A stretch of 64,000 nucleotides of DNA from an uncultured bacterium (GTDB lineage: Bacteria; Planctomycetota; Phycisphaerae; UBA1845). Made by a program: the position numbers and the translations under genes. Each line of letters begins with the position of its first letter. Within the stretch, counting starts at the first letter, position 1. Under the pieces are notes generated by a model. That model was not told where the DNA came from, did not search any database, and saw only the letters and a program-made list of their open reading frames with translations. Below, in pieces: positions 60,834 through 64,000 of the stretch. Location of the stretch: NCBI GenBank assembly GCA_965371245.1, contig CBDUXT010000003.1, positions 65,745 through 129,744 on the forward strand. The letters run 5' to 3'.

Positions 60834-62204
60834 ATGGACGACAAACGGCTGGATTCCATCCGCAAGCGGGTCGCCGAGCTGCCCAAGTGCCCCGGGGTTT
60901 ACCTGATGAAGGATCCCGAGGGCCGGGTGCTCTACGTCGGAAAGGCCAAGGATCTCCGCTCCCGCGTCGCCAGCTATTTCCAGCCCGCCGCCGACCTGCT
61001 TAACACCCGCGGGCCGGACATCTGCCGGATGGTCGATAGCGTGGCCGACATTGACGTCCTCGAGTGCGAGTCCGAGGTGGACGCGCTACTCAAAGAGGCA
61101 CGGCTCATCAAGGACATTCAGCCGCCGCACAACGCGATGCTCAAAGACGGCAAGACCTTCCCCTACGTCGAGATCACCATGCGCGACGACTTCCCGGCCG
61201 TGTTCGTCACGCGTACGCCCCGGCTCAAAGGCAGCAAGCTGTTCGGTCCCTTTCTCGCACCCGCCGGCGCCCGCGACGCCGTCAACGCCCTACAGAAGGT
61301 CTTCAAGTTCCGCACCTGCGAACTCGACATCCGTGACGACGATGACTCGCGGCGATACTTCCGCCCCTGCCTGCTACACGCGATCAACCAGTGCACGGCC
61401 CCATGCGGCGCCGCCATCAGCAAGGAGGACTACCGCAAGGACATCGACCGGTTCAAGAAGTTCATGGCCAGCAAGCGAACCACGCTGCTCCGCCAGATGA
61501 CCAGGGAAATGAACGAGGCCGCCACGCAACTCCGCTTCGAAGAGGCGGCTGTCCTGCGCGACCGCATCAAGGCCATCGACTCGCTCGCCCTTTCCGGCGA
61601 CGTGCATGAGCACGCTCAACCGGAAGCGTTCTTCGTGGACCCGAAAAAGGGGCTCGAAAAACTGGGCGACCTGCTCAACCTCGACGCCCCGCCGCGCTGC
61701 ATGGACTGCATCGACATCGCCCACCTGCAAGGCGCCGAGACGGTCGGCTCGCTGATTTGTTTTATCGACGGCAAGCCCTTCAAGGGCGGCTATCGCCGGT
61801 TCAAGATTCAAACGGTGACGGGCGTGGACGACTACGCCTCCATCCGCGAGGTCATCACGCGGCGCTATCGCTATGCGGCCGAGGGCGAGGAGCTATACCC
61901 CGACGTCATTCTCATCGACGGCGGCCTGGGCCAACTGCACGCCGGACTGGAGGCTTTCAGCGAAATGAACATGCGCCCGCCGATGGTGATCTCACTGGCC
62001 AAGCGCGAAGAGGAAGTCTACATCCAAGCCCGCAGCGCCCCGGTCCGCATGGCCCGCAACAACGAGGCATTGCGCCTGTTGCAGTCAATGCGCGACGAAG
62101 CCCACCGGTTTGCACAGCACTACCATCATCTGCTCAGAAAGAAGAAGACCTTCGACCAGGACGTGACCGACGGACGCAGACCGCCGGGGAAGAGGGATCG
62201 GTAG
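60834..62204 (+). CDS. uvrC: excinuclease ABC subunit C, short form lacking the C-terminal (HhH)2 domain
   Basis: ATG at 60834. The GIY-YIG domain reads GVYLMKDPEGRVLYVGKAKDLRSRV. The UVR domain reads LRFEEAAVLRDRIKAI. The RNase-H-like endonuclease domain reads CIDIAHLQGAETVGSLICF...DGGLGQL...RDEAHRFA. The protein ends ~25 aa after HRFA, for 456 aa in total. Confidence 0.9.
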   Translation: MDDKRLDSIRKRVAELPKCPGVYLMKDPEGRVLYVGKAKDLRSRVASYFQPAADLLNTRGPDICRMVDSVADIDVLECESEVDALLKEARLIKDIQPPHNAMLKDGKTFPYVEITMRDDFPAVFVTRTPRLKGSKLFGPFLAPAGARDAVNALQKVFKFRTCELDIRDDDDSRRYFRPCLLHAINQCTAPCGAAISKEDYRKDIDRFKKFMASKRTTLLRQMTREMNEAATQLRFEEAAVLRDRIKAIDSLALSGDVHEHAQPEAFFVDPKKGLEKLGDLLNLDAPPRCMDCIDIAHLQGAETVGSLICFIDGKPFKGGYRRFKIQTVTGVDDYASIREVITRRYRYAAEGEELYPDVILIDGGLGQLHAGLEAFSEMNMRPPMVISLAKREEEVYIQARSAPVRMARNNEALRLLQSMRDEAHRFAQHYHHLLRKKKTFDQDVTDGRRPPGKRDR

Positions 62205-62305
62205 ACGGCCTCCGTCGGCGCGCCGCGTATCGACTGGATGCACTGGGCCGGGGACCGGAGTAGAATCCGCAGACGTCTGACCCGTGTCGAGAGAGTCTCG
62301 CAGGC

Positions 62306-63406
62306 ATGAACCCTCGCATCCATTGGGCCGCTGGAGCCGCGATCTTAGCAACGGCGGTTGTGCTGCCCACGTTGCTTTGGTGGGCCGGCTTCGCCAGTAC
62401 CGCCTGGACCATCCTGGTTTTCATTGCAGTCGGGTGGGTCGTGACGCTTGTCGTCGTCCTCGTCGGAGGAGCCAACGCAGCCTGCGATCGCGCCATGCTC
62501 CACGAAGGCCCGGCCGATGCGGGCGAGGCCCAGGAGATTCCGCCCGACGTCTACTGCCCGGCGTGCAGCTACAGCCTGCAAGGCGCGCCGAGCTCGAAGT
62601 GCCCTGAGTGCGGCCGCTCGCTGGCCAACATTCGCACCGGTACGCATCAGATTCCATGGGTGCGGAGGCGTGAGATCGGCCGGTTCCTCGGTTACTGGTC
62701 GACCGTGTGGATGGTCACGTTTCGCAACCGACGGTTTTGTGAGGAGTACGCCCACAAGGTCGCAGTGGGAGATGCGGTTGCCTTTCAGCGGGTCACCGTG
62801 CTCCACGTGTATGTCCTGGTACTTCTCGCAACGCTCGGCCTCTACATGACGATCCCGACGAGCACACCGCAAACGAACCCGGCGCTACAGATGATGACGA
62901 CCGGCGTCATTGCACCAGGCCCATCGCTCATTTGGCAGGCATACGCGGACATCTGGCCGGTCGGTGTCATGCACGTGTTCCTCATGCTGTACCTTATCGC
63001 GATCACCGGTGTTCCGAGCTACTTTTTTCACCCGCGATCCGTTGCAGTGCAGCAACAGAACAACGCCGTGGCCATGAGCTATTACGCCTGCGGCCCGCTC
63101 GCCGCGGCACCCTTCCTGGGTCCAGCCGTGTTCATGCTGATCGGCTTTCCTCTCGCAGTGTTGACCGGGACGAGCCAGTCGTGGGTTGGCGTAGCCGTCC
63201 TTGCGTCCGGAGGCATCGTGACGGCGGTTTGGTGGTGGAACCTGGTGCGCCTGATCCGGCGCGTGATGCCGCAACTCAGCCACCGGGCCATCGCCATCGC
63301 CGCCGGCATGCCCGCGTTGTGGCTGGGGCTGGCCGCCCTCTTTCTGTGCGTGTTGCCCTCGGTAGTACTCTACCTCCTTGCCGTCGTGGTCAGCCTCGGA
63401 GCCTGA
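62306..63406 (+). CDS. polytopic membrane protein with zinc ribbon (paralogue of 38281-39297)
   Basis: 366 aa. Two N-terminal TMs, then YCPACSYSLQGAPSSKCPECG, the segment IPWVRRREIGRFLGYWSTVWMVTFRNRRF and ~6 more helices. It lies 100 nt downstream of uvrC on the same strand. Confidence 0.65.
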   Translation: MNPRIHWAAGAAILATAVVLPTLLWWAGFASTAWTILVFIAVGWVVTLVVVLVGGANAACDRAMLHEGPADAGEAQEIPPDVYCPACSYSLQGAPSSKCPECGRSLANIRTGTHQIPWVRRREIGRFLGYWSTVWMVTFRNRRFCEEYAHKVAVGDAVAFQRVTVLHVYVLVLLATLGLYMTIPTSTPQTNPALQMMTTGVIAPGPSLIWQAYADIWPVGVMHVFLMLYLIAITGVPSYFFHPRSVAVQQQNNAVAMSYYACGPLAAAPFLGPAVFMLIGFPLAVLTGTSQSWVGVAVLASGGIVTAVWWWNLVRLIRRVMPQLSHRAIAIAAGMPALWLGLAALFLCVLPSVVLYLLAVVVSLGA

Positions 63407-63431
63407 AAGCCCGGCTCCCCCACTCGATCCA

Positions 63432-64000
63432 CTACCCGGGCTGGAGGTAGAAGAGCCTGTCGCTTCTGTGAAGATCGCGACGACCATCTGCCGTAAGAGC
63501 GACGGTTCCGCCGTTGTCCCGTCCGTCCTGGGCGACGCTGTACAGAAACGGCCTATCCGCGAGAGGCTTGTAGCCGAAGGTCGACTCGATGCGGGCGAAC
63601 GGGTCTCGGGGCAAGGCCGCCATGTACTCCGGAACGAGTTGATCCAGCTTCGCGGGTGGCTCGCCGTGGTCAATCGTGTAGAGCCGAATCACCAGTGCGA
63701 TCGCGGCCATCCGCCGGGTCGCCAGCAACTTAAAGAAGAGACCAACGTACCCGGATTGGTAAGGGCTAAGCCCCCGCCAAGCGCTGTACGTCATGGGTCG
63801 TTTCAGCCGAAGGACCAGCGTGGTGTCTTTCTCTTCGCCTGCAAAACGTGCTGAGGCATGCGGCCAGGCTTTCTCAGCCACGGCTTCCGCAGCCATGCTG
63901 TCGAACCGCGACTGTCGGACCGAGTCCAGGACAACAAACGGGCGACCCAGGTAGTTCACTATCGGCCGGAACGGCCATATGCCGAACGGGCCGACGGCTA
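63432..64000 (-). CDS. hypothetical protein with T2SS pseudopilin-G-like C-terminal region (5' end outside the window)
   Basis: The reading frame stays open upstream of the GTG at 63959 to the window edge. The C-terminus LDQLVPEYMAALPRDPFA...FGYKP...FLYSVAQDGRDNGG resembles the GspG-type L-x2-L-V-P-x-Y-L-x3-P-x-D-P-W ... S-x-G-x-D-G motif. Confidence 0.5.
   Translation of the reverse strand, partial: AVGPFGIWPFRPIVNYLGRPFVVLDSVRQSRFDSMAAEAVAEKAWPHASARFAGEEKDTTLVLRLKRPMTYSAWRGLSPYQSGYVGLFFKLLATRRMAAIALVIRLYTIDHGEPPAKLDQLVPEYMAALPRDPFARIESTFGYKPLADRPFLYSVAQDGRDNGGTVALTADGRRDLHRSDRLFYLQPG

Overview
High-GC segment (roughly 60-65% by eye). It looks chromosomal, with dense operons. The gene content suggests a Planctomycetota-like genome: a Bat/MoxR operon, a DUF1570-type peptidase, several C-x2-C...C-P-x-C-G zinc-ribbon membrane proteins and a pseudopilin-like protein. 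That assignment is inference only, since no search could be run. I call 46 CDS plus one decayed minigene. Housekeeping genes are trxB, nadB, uvrC, an ALDH7-like dehydrogenase and a sigma-70 family factor. There is an 8-gene moxR-DUF58-DUF4381-batABCDE operon at 22.8-32.3 kb on the minus strand. An LPS-core-type operon (GT9 heptosyltransferase, Kdo/WaaP-family kinase, GT4) lies at 34.9-39.3 kb on the minus strand. It diverges from a 12-kb polysaccharide locus at 39.8-52.0 kb on the plus strand, encoding epimerase, Wzy-like ligase, Wzx-like flippase, three GT4s, a sulfotransferase, AsnB-type amidotransferase and a DUF3473-type deacetylase. A peptide-scavenging neighbourhood at 52-60.5 kb holds two S9 peptidases and two amidohydrolases. 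I recognised no rRNA, tRNA, CRISPR array, transposase, integrase or phage gene. The things the gene list does not explain are as follows. (1) Intergenic spacers are saturated with at least six families of short structured repeats, two of which sit inside the predicted 5' ends of genes. (2) Three paralogous zinc-ribbon polytopic membrane proteins sit at operon edges. (3) A tandem array of zinc-ribbon/TM minigenes has two intact, translationally coupled copies and one decayed copy. (4) A low-GC islet encodes a cysteine-rich-repeat lipoprotein. (5) An IPTL-CTERM-tagged repeat protein sits next to a TMTC-like GT-C/TPR protein. (6) A PAS-GAF-REC protein has an H-box whose histidine is replaced and has no kinase ATPase domain. 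I see no convincing known defence system. All family names come from motif recognition by eye and need HMM/BLAST confirmation.
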